A stretch of DNA of 64,000 nt, taken from Actinomycetota bacterium. Lineage in GTDB: Bacteria; Actinomycetota; CADDZG01; JAHWKV01. Below the pieces are notes generated by a model. It was given only the letters and a program-made list of their open reading frames with translations. It was not told where the DNA came from and did not search any database. Both the position numbers and the translations under genes were made by a program. Numbering within the stretch: position 1 is the stretch's first letter; each line of letters opens with the position of its first letter. Positions 1 through 8,861 of this stretch are shown piece by piece. The stretch spans positions 21,079 through 85,078 of the forward strand of contig JBBDRQ010000061.1 in NCBI GenBank assembly GCA_040905365.1. The letters run 5' to 3'.

Positions 1-7
1 CGCTGAT

Positions 8-955
8 ATGAGCGGGGTCTTCCTGGGCGATACGATTCCCACCGCGCCCTCCGGGCGGGCTCGCAAGCCGGAGTGGTTGAAAACCAAGCTGCGCACCGGC
101 CCCAACTACGGTCAGCTCAAGCACCTGGTCAAGGACCTGGATCTGCACACCGTCTGCGAACAAGCTTCCTGCCCCAACATCTACGAGTGCTGGGAGGCGA
201 AGGAGGCTACCTTTTTGATCCTCGGAAGCCAGTGCACGCGCCGGTGCGGCTTCTGCGACATCGCCACCGGTAAACCGGGTCCCCTGGATGTTGAGGAGCC
301 CGAGCGGGTTGCCGAGGCGGTTGAGCACCTGGGTCTTAAGTTTGCCGTCATCACCGGTGTTGAACGCGACGACTCGGCGCCTGAGGAGGTGGCGGAGATT
401 TGGGCTGAGACCATTCGGGCGATCCGCCGCCGCATTCCCGACTGCAAAGTGGAGGTGTTGACCGGAGATCTAAAGGGCAAGCCGGATGCCGTGCGGACCG
501 TAATCGACGCCTCCCCCGACGTGTTTGCCCATAACCTGGAGACGCCGCAGCGACTGCATCGCCGGATTCGGCCGGGTTTCCGCTACGAGCGGTCGCTGGA
601 GGTGCTGGCGGAGGCCAAGCGGCTGAATTCACGCATGCCCACCAAGTCCAACATCATCGCCGGAATGGGCGAAACCGACGAGGAGATCTTCGAATGTCTC
701 GGCGACCTCAGGGATGCGGGTGTGGACCTGGTTACCATCGGCCAGTACCTTTCGCCGTCGACCGATCATCATTTGGAGGTGCAGCGGTGGGTGACGCCCG
801 AGCAGTTCGACGAGTACCGTGCGGCTGGGGAGCGGATGGGGTTCGCGTGGGTGGAGTCGGGCCCGCTGGTACGTTCGTCGTATCACGCGGGCAAGCAATA
901 CGAGGCCGCCTCGTCGAGGCTGTCCGAGCTTTACCAGCGCTGGCCGGGGTACTAG
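8..955 (+). CDS. lipA: Lipoyl synthase (radical SAM)
   Basis: 315-aa ORF with a CPNIYECW motif and a second Cys cluster (CTRRCGFC), as in LipA. Length and N-terminus fit LipA. Confidence 0.9.
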   Translation: MSGVFLGDTIPTAPSGRARKPEWLKTKLRTGPNYGQLKHLVKDLDLHTVCEQASCPNIYECWEAKEATFLILGSQCTRRCGFCDIATGKPGPLDVEEPERVAEAVEHLGLKFAVITGVERDDSAPEEVAEIWAETIRAIRRRIPDCKVEVLTGDLKGKPDAVRTVIDASPDVFAHNLETPQRLHRRIRPGFRYERSLEVLAEAKRLNSRMPTKSNIIAGMGETDEEIFECLGDLRDAGVDLVTIGQYLSPSTDHHLEVQRWVTPEQFDEYRAAGERMGFAWVESGPLVRSSYHAGKQYEAASSRLSELYQRWPGY

Positions 956-1908
956 TTGTCGGGGGCGTCGTCCTCGGTTTTGCCGGCCGGCTGGTTGGAG
1001 CTGCCCGCCGAGTCCGCGCCCTTTCCCAGGGCCTTCTCTGAAACCTTCTCGACGCCGTCGTCGGACCCTTCGGGATCGCCGGACGGCGTAGGGTCGTCGA
1101 ATTTGTCCGCCGGCCTGTTGCGAAGCCTGATCAACGCCACGACGCAGATCAGCAGCACGGCTATGGCGGTGAGCTGGCTCCCGGTGAGACCGGTGCCAAA
1201 CCAGGTCTTGTCCACACGTACGGAATCGGTGGCAATGCGGCCGAGGGCGTAAAGAGATGCCCATAGTGCCACGAGATATCCTTTGGCCCGAGGCTTGGCG
1301 TCGACCTTGAGCAAGATCCCCAGGATTACCAGGCTCCAAACCGAGTCGTACAGGGCGGTTTGGTGGACCACCATTCCCGGCTCGATGCATCCGTCCGCCG
1401 TGGGGTAGACGCACGGCGGTGCTGAGATCAGCTCGCCTCCCTGATACTGCCACCCCCACCAGCCGTCGGTCGCCCTGCCCAGGTGGTCCCCGATTACCAG
1501 GTCGCCGAGGCGGCCGACGGCGGTGCCCAAGGCGATGCCCGGGGCACCCAGATCGGCCAAGCGCAAAAAGTCCACCTTCTTGGCCCGGCAGTAAAGGTAG
1601 CCGGCGCCGAACCCACCGAGAAGGCCTCCGACCAAGGAGATGCCGCCCCGGTAGACCTGGAGCCATTCGATGGGGCTCTGAAAGCGGTCGGTGTGACCCA
1701 CTACGTAAGCGACCCGGGCGCCGATGATGGCGCCGATGACGGCCAGCGCAGCCGCATTCCAGGCGTGATCCTCGTCGAATCCGCGGGCGCGGGCGCGGCG
1801 GACCAGAAGGGTAGTGCCGATGAAGTAACCGATGGCTATACCCACTCCGTGAGGCGAAACCGTAAAATCCCCGAACCCGATCCGGGGAATTACCTCCCAG
1901 CCGAGCAT
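952..1908 (-). CDS. lgt: Prolipoprotein diacylglyceryl transferase with acidic, low-complexity C-terminal tail
   Basis: Multi-TM protein; GRLGDLVIGDHLGR matches the Lgt signature box (GRxGNFxNxE). Its stop overlaps the lipA stop within CTAG (convergent 4-nt overlap). Confidence 0.8.
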   Translation of the reverse strand: MLGWEVIPRIGFGDFTVSPHGVGIAIGYFIGTTLLVRRARARGFDEDHAWNAAALAVIGAIIGARVAYVVGHTDRFQSPIEWLQVYRGGISLVGGLLGGFGAGYLYCRAKKVDFLRLADLGAPGIALGTAVGRLGDLVIGDHLGRATDGWWGWQYQGGELISAPPCVYPTADGCIEPGMVVHQTALYDSVWSLVILGILLKVDAKPRAKGYLVALWASLYALGRIATDSVRVDKTWFGTGLTGSQLTAIAVLLICVVALIRLRNRPADKFDDPTPSGDPEGSDDGVEKVSEKALGKGADSAGSSNQPAGKTEDDAPDN

Positions 1909-1948
1909 CAGTACGAGGCTTCGGGGTCGGTTGCAGCGGCGGGGCAGC

Positions 1949-2602
1949 TCATGCTTCGGAGGCGGTAGTCAGGCCGAGGTCCGAGCGTATGCTGAATTGC
2001 TGGGACCCGGAAGCACCCTCGATCTGTGCATAGATCCGGCTCCCCGGTTCCAGCCCTAGGTCTTCCTGCGCTGTGGCGCGCAGCGTGATCCGCGTCCGGC
2101 CGAACGGCGACAGCGGTATCGACGAGTCGTCGGGGACCGACCCGGTTGCCTCTTGCACCAGATCTTGTCCCGGCAGCTGCACAGATTCCCATGAACCCAT
2201 CACGGTGGAAAGGTTACTCGATCCCAGCCTCCGACCATCCTCGGCGAAAAACTCGACGTTGGATATCGACATGTGGCGCGTTTTGAGTTGCCGGGGCACG
2301 GTGATCGTCAGGGTGCTGCTTAGTAGCGACGCTGTGCGGGGCGCTTCATCCGGCGAGGCCGAGCGTTGTACGACCGAGATGAGCCGGTGATCCGCATCGG
2401 TTACGCCGGCCTCGATAGGCGCGGCCCCCTGAGTTACGAGTACTATGTCCGCCAGACCGACCAGGAAGGCGAGCAGCATCAGCGGCCAAACGAGCCGGTA
2501 ACTGCTCGGTGGTCGGGCTTTGGAGGGTCGGCGGTGTGGTTCGGCTACCATGAATTGAGAGCATATTCCGTACCCGGGCACACCGAAACCTGGTGAACCC
2601 AA
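1949..2602 (-). CDS. Hypothetical membrane-anchored protein
   Basis: 217-aa ORF with one N-terminal TM helix (LVWPLMLLAFLVGLADIVLV). No domain recognised and the start is uncertain. Confidence 0.4.
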   Translation of the reverse strand: MGSPGFGVPGYGICSQFMVAEPHRRPSKARPPSSYRLVWPLMLLAFLVGLADIVLVTQGAAPIEAGVTDADHRLISVVQRSASPDEAPRTASLLSSTLTITVPRQLKTRHMSISNVEFFAEDGRRLGSSNLSTVMGSWESVQLPGQDLVQEATGSVPDDSSIPLSPFGRTRITLRATAQEDLGLEPGSRIYAQIEGASGSQQFSIRSDLGLTTASEA

Positions 2603-2695
2603 ACCGTGAGCAACTAGCCGGGGTTCGCGGCTAGAATGAGGTCGGGCGGGAGTGTAGCCTCTCGCGACAGGATTTTATCGTTAAGGAGTAGGTGG

Positions 2696-2992
2696 ATGAC
2701 GTACATCATTTGTGAGCCGTGCATCGGAGTTAAGGACCGGGCTTGCGTTGACGAGTGCCCGGTCGACTGCATCTACGAGGGTGACGACCAGTTGTACATT
2801 CACCCCGAAGAATGTGTCGACTGCGACGCTTGCCTGCCGGCCTGTCCGGTGGACGCCATTTTCCCGGATGACAACGTACCCGCCGAGTGGAAAGAGTACA
2901 TAGAGAAGAACGCCAACTTTTTCGTCCAGAATCCGGGAGCCTCTGGCGGAGCGTCCGAGAGCGACTTCGCCCCCTCCGAGGAGCGCGAATAA
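2696..2992 (+). CDS. 7Fe ferredoxin (FdxC/FdxA type)
   Basis: MTYIICEPCIGVKDRACVDECPVDCIY ... CVDCDACLPACPVDAIF gives two Cys clusters. The ATG at 2696 follows AAGGAG. The ORF-track start at 2636 is an upstream extension. Confidence 0.9.
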   Translation: MTYIICEPCIGVKDRACVDECPVDCIYEGDDQLYIHPEECVDCDACLPACPVDAIFPDDNVPAEWKEYIEKNANFFVQNPGASGGASESDFAPSEERE

Positions 2993-3345
2993 CGGCGAAG
3001 CGGCTGGGCACCTCCAACCTGGGGGAGCGGGTTTCGATTCTGTTTCGTATCAAGGGCGACCCCGAGCATCCTTTCAGCGAAGCCGTTGGTGTGCTGCAAA
3101 GAATTGACTCCGACCCTCCCACCTACCACGTGGTTAGGCGCTCGGGCGAGGTTGTAGAGGTACCGGAAGAATCCGTTGTGACCTTAAAGCTCATGCCCGC
3201 GGTCGGGGGGCCTCTGCGCCCGCCTAAATCCTGGAACGAGACTTCGGAATAGGATCGGGAATTTGCCCGCGCGCTATCTTTGCTCTTGTATTGGTGGGCG
3301 CGTTTGAGATCATGTAGGTAATAAAGATCAAGCACAGGAGCAGTA

Positions 3346-3699
3346 GTGGCTCTGTTCGACAAGTTCAAGCGCGCGGATCTGAAGGTCCTTCAGGAATTCG
3401 CTCAAAGCCATCAGGGCGTCGAGGCCTACATTGAGCCGGAGACGCCGATCAGACAGCAGTCGCTGCTGATGGTAGCCCGCGGTGGTGAGTGGGCCAGGGC
3501 TGCGATCGCGGACCGCGGCCAGGCGGGCGCCTTTTGCAAGAAACTGGGCATTCCTTACTACGACGCGGCGGTGGTGGGTTACCCGGAGCGGATGCGGGGG
3601 ACGAAGGGCCGCCCGGCGCCGGCTGCTCCTTCGGCCGAGGAATTGGAGGCGTGGTTTGCTCAGGATCCGATCGATGGGCCCGGCGAGGACGAGCCGTAG
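3346..3699 (+). CDS. Hypothetical protein
   Basis: 117 aa with a GTG start after CAGGAGC and an AT-rich promoter-like stretch upstream. No domain recognised. Confidence 0.45.
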   Translation: MALFDKFKRADLKVLQEFAQSHQGVEAYIEPETPIRQQSLLMVARGGEWARAAIADRGQAGAFCKKLGIPYYDAAVVGYPERMRGTKGRPAPAAPSAEELEAWFAQDPIDGPGEDEP

Positions 3700-3820
3700 A
3701 GTCTGCGCTTTGGGTTACCATGTAAAGAGCGTGAGTCGCAGCCTGCGGGGCTAGACCCAAAGCCCAGGGTTGCGCGGTCGAGTAAGTGGGCGGATTCACC
3801 GACAAATCAAGGAGGGCATT

Positions 3821-4195
3821 TTGGACACGACCCTTGGACAAGCTTCCTCCATAAAGACCACTGAGACACCCAGCACGATTGTCCTCGGGGCATCTGCCGC
3901 GGCCAAGATCGCTGAGCTTCTCGAGCGTGAAGGAAACCCGGACTACTTCCTTCGCGTCGCTGTGCAGCCGGGAGGTTGCTCAGGTCTTCGCTATCAGCTC
4001 TTCTTTGACGACGAGCCCGTGGAGGGCGACCACGTCCTCAACGAAGGTTCCGTTCAGGTGCGGGTGGACCGGATGTCGGCTCCGTACTTGCGGGGAGCGG
4101 TTGTGGATTGGCTGGAGGGATTGGATCAGTCCGGTTTCACCATCAACAACCCCAGTGCCCAGGGCAGCTGCGCCTGTGGCGACTCCTTCCACTAG
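3821..4195 (+). CDS. erpA: Fe-S cluster insertion protein (A-type carrier, HesB/IscA/ErpA family)
   Basis: RVAVQPGGCSGLRYQLFFDD ... NPSAQGSCACGDSFH, a C-terminal CxCGxSF motif very close to mycobacterial ErpA. A TTG at 3821 sits 5 nt after AAGGAGGG. The ORF-track start at 3770 is an extension. Confidence 0.85.
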   Translation: MDTTLGQASSIKTTETPSTIVLGASAAAKIAELLEREGNPDYFLRVAVQPGGCSGLRYQLFFDDEPVEGDHVLNEGSVQVRVDRMSAPYLRGAVVDWLEGLDQSGFTINNPSAQGSCACGDSFH

Positions 4196-4212
4196 ACGTC
4201 CGTAAGGTTTCC

Positions 4213-4247
4213 AAAGGCCCAGACCCGAATCCCGGGTCTGGGCCTTT
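4213..4247 (+). terminator. 14-bp GC-rich stem hairpin immediately downstream of erpA (putative terminator or structured element)
   Basis: AAAGGCCCAGACCC - 7-nt loop - GGGTCTGGGCCTTT. There is no long U-run beyond the TTT inside the stem. Confidence 0.45.
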
Positions 4248-4329
4248 GACGTGTTCAGGTGTCGAAACTTAGGGATCAATCAGTCAATTAATACGCTGGG
4301 CTTGACCGCACGCTAAATAACAGTGTAGA

Positions 4330-4347
4330 AATTACTCTAGTGTAATT
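4330..4347. promoter_or_regulatory. Near-perfect 18-bp palindrome AATTACTCTAGTGTAATT about 20 bp upstream of the whiB-like start
   Basis: 16 of 18 positions are self-complementary. It lies in an AT-rich promoter region and is a candidate operator. Confidence 0.4.
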
Positions 4348-4368
4348 ACGCACGGAGTATGAACCTAT

Positions 4369-4632
4369 ATGACGATCATTCAGCAAGGTCTGACCTGGCA
4401 GGTTTCGGCGCGATGCGTTGAGGCAGACCCTGAAATCTTCTTCCCCGAGCGCGGTGGCTCGTCTAAAGCCGCGCGCGCAGTTTGCAGTGAATGTTCGGTG
4501 CGGATTGAGTGCCTTCGCTACGCGTTGGCCAATCGGGAACAGTTTGGGATTTGGGGCGGTACCAGTGAACGGGAGCGCCGTCGTTTAAGGCGTATGTCGG
4601 CTGCGGAAAAAGACGTAACGCTAGCCAGCTGA
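4369..4632 (+). CDS. WhiB-family (Wbl) Fe-S transcriptional regulator
   Basis: Four Cys (ARC ... CSECSVRIEC), a GIWGG turn and a basic C-terminal tail. 87 aa. Confidence 0.85.
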   Translation: MTIIQQGLTWQVSARCVEADPEIFFPERGGSSKAARAVCSECSVRIECLRYALANREQFGIWGGTSERERRRLRRMSAAEKDVTLAS

Positions 4633-4659
4633 ACTCCCCAGGCAGACCGATCTACAACT

Positions 4660-5487
4660 TCATCTAAAGCGGGAAAACGCCTCTTCCAGGAGGTGCGGCT
4701 CTCCTGTCAGCCGTAGTGACTCGATGCCCGCGTCGGCTAAGCAGGTGCGGGGGACCAGTCCGATCAATTCCGACTCCAGCACTTGCGCCCCTACTTTTTC
4801 GGCCAGGATACAAACGCGGTCGAAGACATCCGTCAGCGTGACGGTGCCGGGATCGGTGATGTTGACCGAGACTTGGCTTAGTCCCCGGCTGGCAAGGTCG
4901 AGGCCGAGGGTTCGGATGCCGGCCATTCCCGAGACGCCGGTGCGCAGCTGCGCGGCGATCCATCGTGCCGTAGTCGCGTCAGAACCGGCCAGATTCACGT
5001 TGTAGGCGACCAGCAGACCGCGTGCTCCCACTACGCAGGCGCCTGCACTGGGGTGCGGGCGGTCTGGGCCGCAGTCGGGCGGCAGTGACGCGAAAGCGTG
5101 CCTGCGGATCCACGGCAAACTTCGGCCGGGGGGGTCCGAAGACCGTTCATACAAAAAGCACGGTATGCGCAGTCTTGAGCAAAGCATCCGGGCGCACTGA
5201 TCGGCTGCTGCCACAGCCTGAGACATGGGCGTGTCGAAGAGCGGATAGAAGGGAACCACGTCGACCGCGCCGAGCCGGGGATGCTCGCCCCGCTGGGTTC
5301 GTATGTCGATGCGACGGACCGCTTCGGTCGCCAGCTTTACTACGGCTTCGACCAAGGGGTCCGGTGAACCTCCCAGGGTGACTACCGTGCGGTGGTGGTC
5401 CGGGTCGGGTGCTACATCTAGTACTGCGTGGCCGCCGGCCTTCGCTATGACGGCGTCGATGTCCGAAGCAGCGCGCCCTTCCGACAT
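4660..5487 (-). CDS. Formiminotransferase-domain protein (glutamate formimidoyltransferase-like)
   Basis: LGCALNMSEGR resembles the FTCD N-terminal motif ECVPNFSEGR, with conserved downstream blocks. Only the internal ATG at 5487 is certain. The ORF-track N-terminal extension to 5682 is non-protein-like and overlaps the neighbouring gene. Confidence 0.6.
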   Translation of the reverse strand: MSEGRAASDIDAVIAKAGGHAVLDVAPDPDHHRTVVTLGGSPDPLVEAVVKLATEAVRRIDIRTQRGEHPRLGAVDVVPFYPLFDTPMSQAVAAADQCARMLCSRLRIPCFLYERSSDPPGRSLPWIRRHAFASLPPDCGPDRPHPSAGACVVGARGLLVAYNVNLAGSDATTARWIAAQLRTGVSGMAGIRTLGLDLASRGLSQVSVNITDPGTVTLTDVFDRVCILAEKVGAQVLESELIGLVPRTCLADAGIESLRLTGEPHLLEEAFSRFR

Positions 5488-5584
5488 ATTGAGCGCGCAC
5501 CCGAGCAGTGGATCCGAACCCGGTCCACCGTTGCGTCGACCGTTCAAGATCCAGTGGTGTCGTTCATGCCGGTAGCATAGGGGG

Positions 5585-5986
5585 GTGGACGCAGAGTTTG
5601 GCATGGGAGTCAGGGTCGAGGTCGAATTTTCGGCGGTCGTGTCCCGGACCCGTATCTGTTTGAGGGCACATGGTTTTTCCATTCTCTCGGAGATGCCGGC
5701 CCCCGTAGGATCCGGTGACGAGTCCGGAAGGCGCTACCTGTTCATGGCGGTTTGGGAACGCCTGATCAGCGCAGGCAATCTAGGAGGTCCTGGTCTGGAT
5801 GTGGGTGACCATCTGCCGTGCAACGTCGTGGTCTTCGAGGAAGGCGACTCGGTCGTCGTCTCGTACCTCGACCCCACCGAGGGCATGGAAGGTTGGCCCG
5901 AGGGTGTCCGGGAAGCTCAGGCTGCGCTCAAAGCGCTGCAGGAGGCTGCGTCAGAGGTGCGCCGGTGGGTGCCGGCAACTGAGTAG
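5585..5986 (+). CDS. DUF302-like small protein
   Basis: 133 aa; RAHGFSIL ... LPCNVVVFEEGDSVVVSYLDP resembles the DUF302 core (GF.vl ... LPCrv.vye.dg.v.vs..dP). Confidence 0.45.
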   Translation: MDAEFGMGVRVEVEFSAVVSRTRICLRAHGFSILSEMPAPVGSGDESGRRYLFMAVWERLISAGNLGGPGLDVGDHLPCNVVVFEEGDSVVVSYLDPTEGMEGWPEGVREAQAALKALQEAASEVRRWVPATE

Positions 5987-6171
5987 AGTCCGGACCCGCG
6001 GCAGCTAGTACCCTGGCCACCAACCTCCGGGGCGTTTGGCGGCGTGAGCCACTCCCTGGCTGCGTTCTCCCTCGCACCGGTAGGGCACGGCTATAGGCGC
6101 TCGCTGCGTCCTTGCCAGGAAGCGCCTCACGCGCCCCAAACCTCGCAAAGGTTAGTGGCCAAGGTACTAGG

Positions 6172-6181
6172 TAATCGATTA
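6172..6181. promoter_or_regulatory. Perfect 10-bp palindrome TAATCGATTA about 55 bp upstream of the rhodanese-MoeB gene
   Basis: The palindrome is read directly from the sequence, in a 250-bp intergenic region. Confidence 0.25.
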
Positions 6182-6236
6182 GTGCTCGGCCGTCGCTATA
6201 CTCGACGGTGCGCAGGCCGTGTTAACAGGAGGATGA

Positions 6237-7388
6237 ATGGACAAGATCACCGGTCAGGAGTTGCTGAGGCAGGCGAAGGCCAAGGCGAACGCGCTCAGCC
6301 CGGACGCGGTCGCCTCGCTCGTCGACGACGAAGATGTGACCCTGGTCGACGTCCGGGAGGGAGACGAATGGCGTAAGGGACACCTTCCTCGCGCCGTCCA
6401 CGTTCCCCGTGGCTACCTGGAGATGCAGGCCGAGGGCAAGCTGCCCAGCAAGGACTCCCCCCTTATCGTTTACTGCGCGGGCGGGAATCGATCGGCGTTT
6501 GCCACCGAGACTTTGAAGCAGATGGGCTACAGCAACGTACGTCATATGAGCGGGGGATTCACGGCCTGGAAGGACGCCGGCTTGGAGGTGGTTCAACCGC
6601 GGGTATGGACCGATAAGCAAATGGACCGCTACTCCCGGCACTTCGTCCTACCGGAGGTGGGCGAGGCGGGGCAGCAAAGGATCTCCGACAGCAAGATCCT
6701 GGTTATCGGCGCCGGAGGCCTGGGCTCGCCGGCCCTTTACTACCTGGCTGCGGCAGGCGTGGGAACGCTCGGCATAGTGGACATGGATGACGTGGAGGTC
6801 AACAATCTGCAGCGCCAGATCATCCACGCGACCTCGCGCATCGGTGTGAACAAGGCAGAGAGCGCCAAGGCCACGATCGAGGACCTCAATCCCAACGTCA
6901 GCGTCGAGGTCTGGACCGACCCGCTCGGTCCCGACAACGTCGACGAGGTGTTTCGCGGATTCGACATCGTGCTCGACGCGACCGATAACTTCTCTACCAG
7001 ATACCTAATCAACGAAACCGCCTACCGGTTCGGGATTCCGAGCATCTACGGCTCGATCTACCGTTTTGAGGGGTACGCGAGTGTGTTCTGGCCGGCCAAG
7101 GGCGGGCCTTGCTACCGTTGCATGCATCCAGAGGCGCCGCCTGCAGAACTTGCCCCCACCTGAGGGGAAGCCGGAGTCCTGGGCGTGCTCCCAGGAGTGA
7201 TCGGAGTTTTGCAGGCGAACGAGGCCCTGAAGATGCTGGTGGGTTACGGCGAGCCCTTGGTCGGCAGGATCTTGACCTTCGACGCACAGGCCACCGCGTT
7301 TGGTGAACTCAAGCTGCGTCGTGACCCCAACTGCGTTACGTGCGGGTCCGGAGATCAAACCGAACAGGAAGCTCGCAAGAGCGCTTGA
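6237..7388 (+). CDS. Rhodanese-MoeB/ThiF-family adenylyltransferase fusion interrupted by an in-frame TGA at 7161-7163 (candidate selenocysteine codon)
   Basis: Has a rhodanese active-site loop YCAGGNRS; a ThiF nucleotide-binding VIGAGGLGSP motif; a CYRC ... CVTCG zinc motif. ORF-track pieces 6237..7163 and 7185..7388 are in the same frame. The TGA aligns with the Cys of MoeZ SCAEGGVLG / E. coli MoeB TCVEAGV. A hairpin TCCTGGG-CGTGCT-CCCAGGA lies at 7177..7196. Confidence 0.7.
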
Positions 7389-7748
7389 TTAGCGCCGGCG
7401 CCGGCCTCGGTTTCCGCCTGCGCCTCCGCGGCGCCTTTGACCGGGCCGCCGGCTGCGCTTGCGCGGGGGAGACTGACTGCTGTCTCGGGCAGGAAGCGGT
7501 TCGCGGTTTGCCAGGGATAGGGCTACCGCGTCGGACACTTCCTCGCAGATCTTCTCGCCGCCGTCGGTTCCGATGATCAGTTGGAACAACACGCTGCGCT
7601 CCAGCTGCTCAATGGAGTCGACGACCTTACTGCGGGTGCCCGCAGGGGTCCGCCATTCAGCGTGGATGCGTCCAGATGGTGGGATTTCTACCTTGAGATC
7701 GGCGTTACCGACTCTGCCCTCCCAGGCTATGGAGGAGGCTAGATTCAA
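7389..7748 (-). CDS. Hypothetical protein with Arg-rich C-terminal tail, possibly translationally coupled to cspA
   Basis: Its TTG start overlaps the cspA stop (TTGA). 119 aa ending [24 protein letters not shown]. No homology recognised; it could be a GC-shadow ORF. Confidence 0.25.
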   Translation of the reverse strand: MNLASSIAWEGRVGNADLKVEIPPSGRIHAEWRTPAGTRSKVVDSIEQLERSVLFQLIIGTDGGEKICEEVSDAVALSLANREPLPARDSSQSPPRKRSRRPGQRRRGGAGGNRGRRRR

Positions 7749-7954
7749 GCGTTCTCAACCGGCCGGACCGAGGAGGCCTGGAGACCCTTGGGGCCCTGGG
7801 TAACCTCGAATTCGACGGTCTGGCCCTCCTCAAGATTGCGGTAACCCTCGCCGAGGATTGCGCTGAAGTGGACGAAGACGTCGTCTCCGTCCGAGCGTGA
7901 AATGAAGCCGTAGCCCTTTTCGGCGCTGAACCATTTGACTGTGCCGCTGGCCAT
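7745..7954 (-). CDS. cspA: Cold-shock protein
   Basis: [33 protein letters not shown] ... 69 aa, with the internal ATG of ORF 7745..8086 as the true start. A long upstream untranslated region follows. Confidence 0.9.
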   Translation of the reverse strand: MASGTVKWFSAEKGYGFISRSDGDDVFVHFSAILGEGYRNLEEGQTVEFEVTQGPKGLQASSVRPVENA

Positions 7955-8270
7955 GTGCAATGCCCTCCCTTCGAACAAACTAACCTTGCCGTATGAACCC
8001 GGCATGGAGGGACTGCTGGTACTGCATGGCGCATGGACCTGGGCTGTGCCCTCATCTTTTACTGTATCACTAAGCCGGTGCGGCAAGCATCGAATTTTCC
8101 ATCGCTATTTAACCGCGAAACATAACACTGCACCGAGATGCTTGTGACTCCGTCTAGTGGTCACGGCACTAGAATGACGCAAGCGACCGTCGCAGCAGAG
8201 AGAGTTTTTCGTACTACCTGGCTGGAGAAATGTTTGGCCAATCCTCGAGAGCGAGTGGACCGAATAACAC

Positions 8271-8861
8271 ATGAGAAGCAAGTTGAAGAAGTCGGTGAAG
8301 CGGCGAGAAGACCTGGAGGACGCGCGACTGCTGGAAGAGATCGCTAACGGCGATCAGGCATGCCTGTCCATCCTCTACGACCGCTACGCCGGCTCGGCAT
8401 TCGGTCTTGCGTGGAAGATATGCAATAGCCGTGCGATAGCGGAGGACGTGGTGCAGGAGGCATTCATGGCAGTTTGGCAGCGGCCCGGAAGCTTCGATTC
8501 CGGCCGAGGGTCGGCCGGATCTTTCCTGCTGGGCATCGTTCACCACAAGGCAGTCGACGCCGTCCGGAAGGAGGAGTCCGTCCGTAGGCGTGAGGCGAAC
8601 TTTGCGGCAGATCTATCGGATTCCTCAGGCGACGAAATCCTCGATGCGGCTTGGCTGACGATTCGGCGGCAAACCGTCGTCAGGGCCCTTCGACAGCTCT
8701 CGGATGTACAGCGGGAGGCGCTGGAGCTCGCCTATCTCCACGGACTTACTTACAGCGAGGTAGCTGCGCGTCTACGTATACCGCTGGGCACGGCCAAGAC
8801 CAGGATGAGAGACGGGTTGATAAAGCTACGGGATATCCTTGACGAGAGCGCGGTGACCTGA
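8271..8861 (+). CDS. ECF sigma factor (SigK-like, sigma-70 regions 2 and 4)
   Basis: Region 2 (AEDVVQEAFMAVWQR) and a region 4 helix-turn-helix (LTYSEVAARLRIPLGTAKTRMRDG). Confidence 0.85.
   Translation: MRSKLKKSVKRREDLEDARLLEEIANGDQACLSILYDRYAGSAFGLAWKICNSRAIAEDVVQEAFMAVWQRPGSFDSGRGSAGSFLLGIVHHKAVDAVRKEESVRRREANFAADLSDSSGDEILDAAWLTIRRQTVVRALRQLSDVQREALELAYLHGLTYSEVAARLRIPLGTAKTRMRDGLIKLRDILDESAVT

Noticed and set aside
629-1666. Long antisense ORFs (for example 629..1666, 13596..14396, 15102..16316, 19437..20285, 22309..22992, 26948..27832, 59854..61365)
   Set aside because: They have Arg/Pro/Gly-rich low-complexity translations opposite well-supported genes (lgt, the PDZ-Lon gene, the histidine kinase, the DivIVA protein, UPF0182, copA and others). 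These are typical GC-rich shadow ORFs.
2887-3252. 121-aa plus-strand ORF downstream of and overlapping the ferredoxin gene
   Set aside because: Its 5' part overlaps fdx in another frame. After the fdx stop there is no ATG/GTG/TTG start with an SD in frame before most of the ORF is used up, so it was not called. A short gene with a non-canonical start cannot be excluded.
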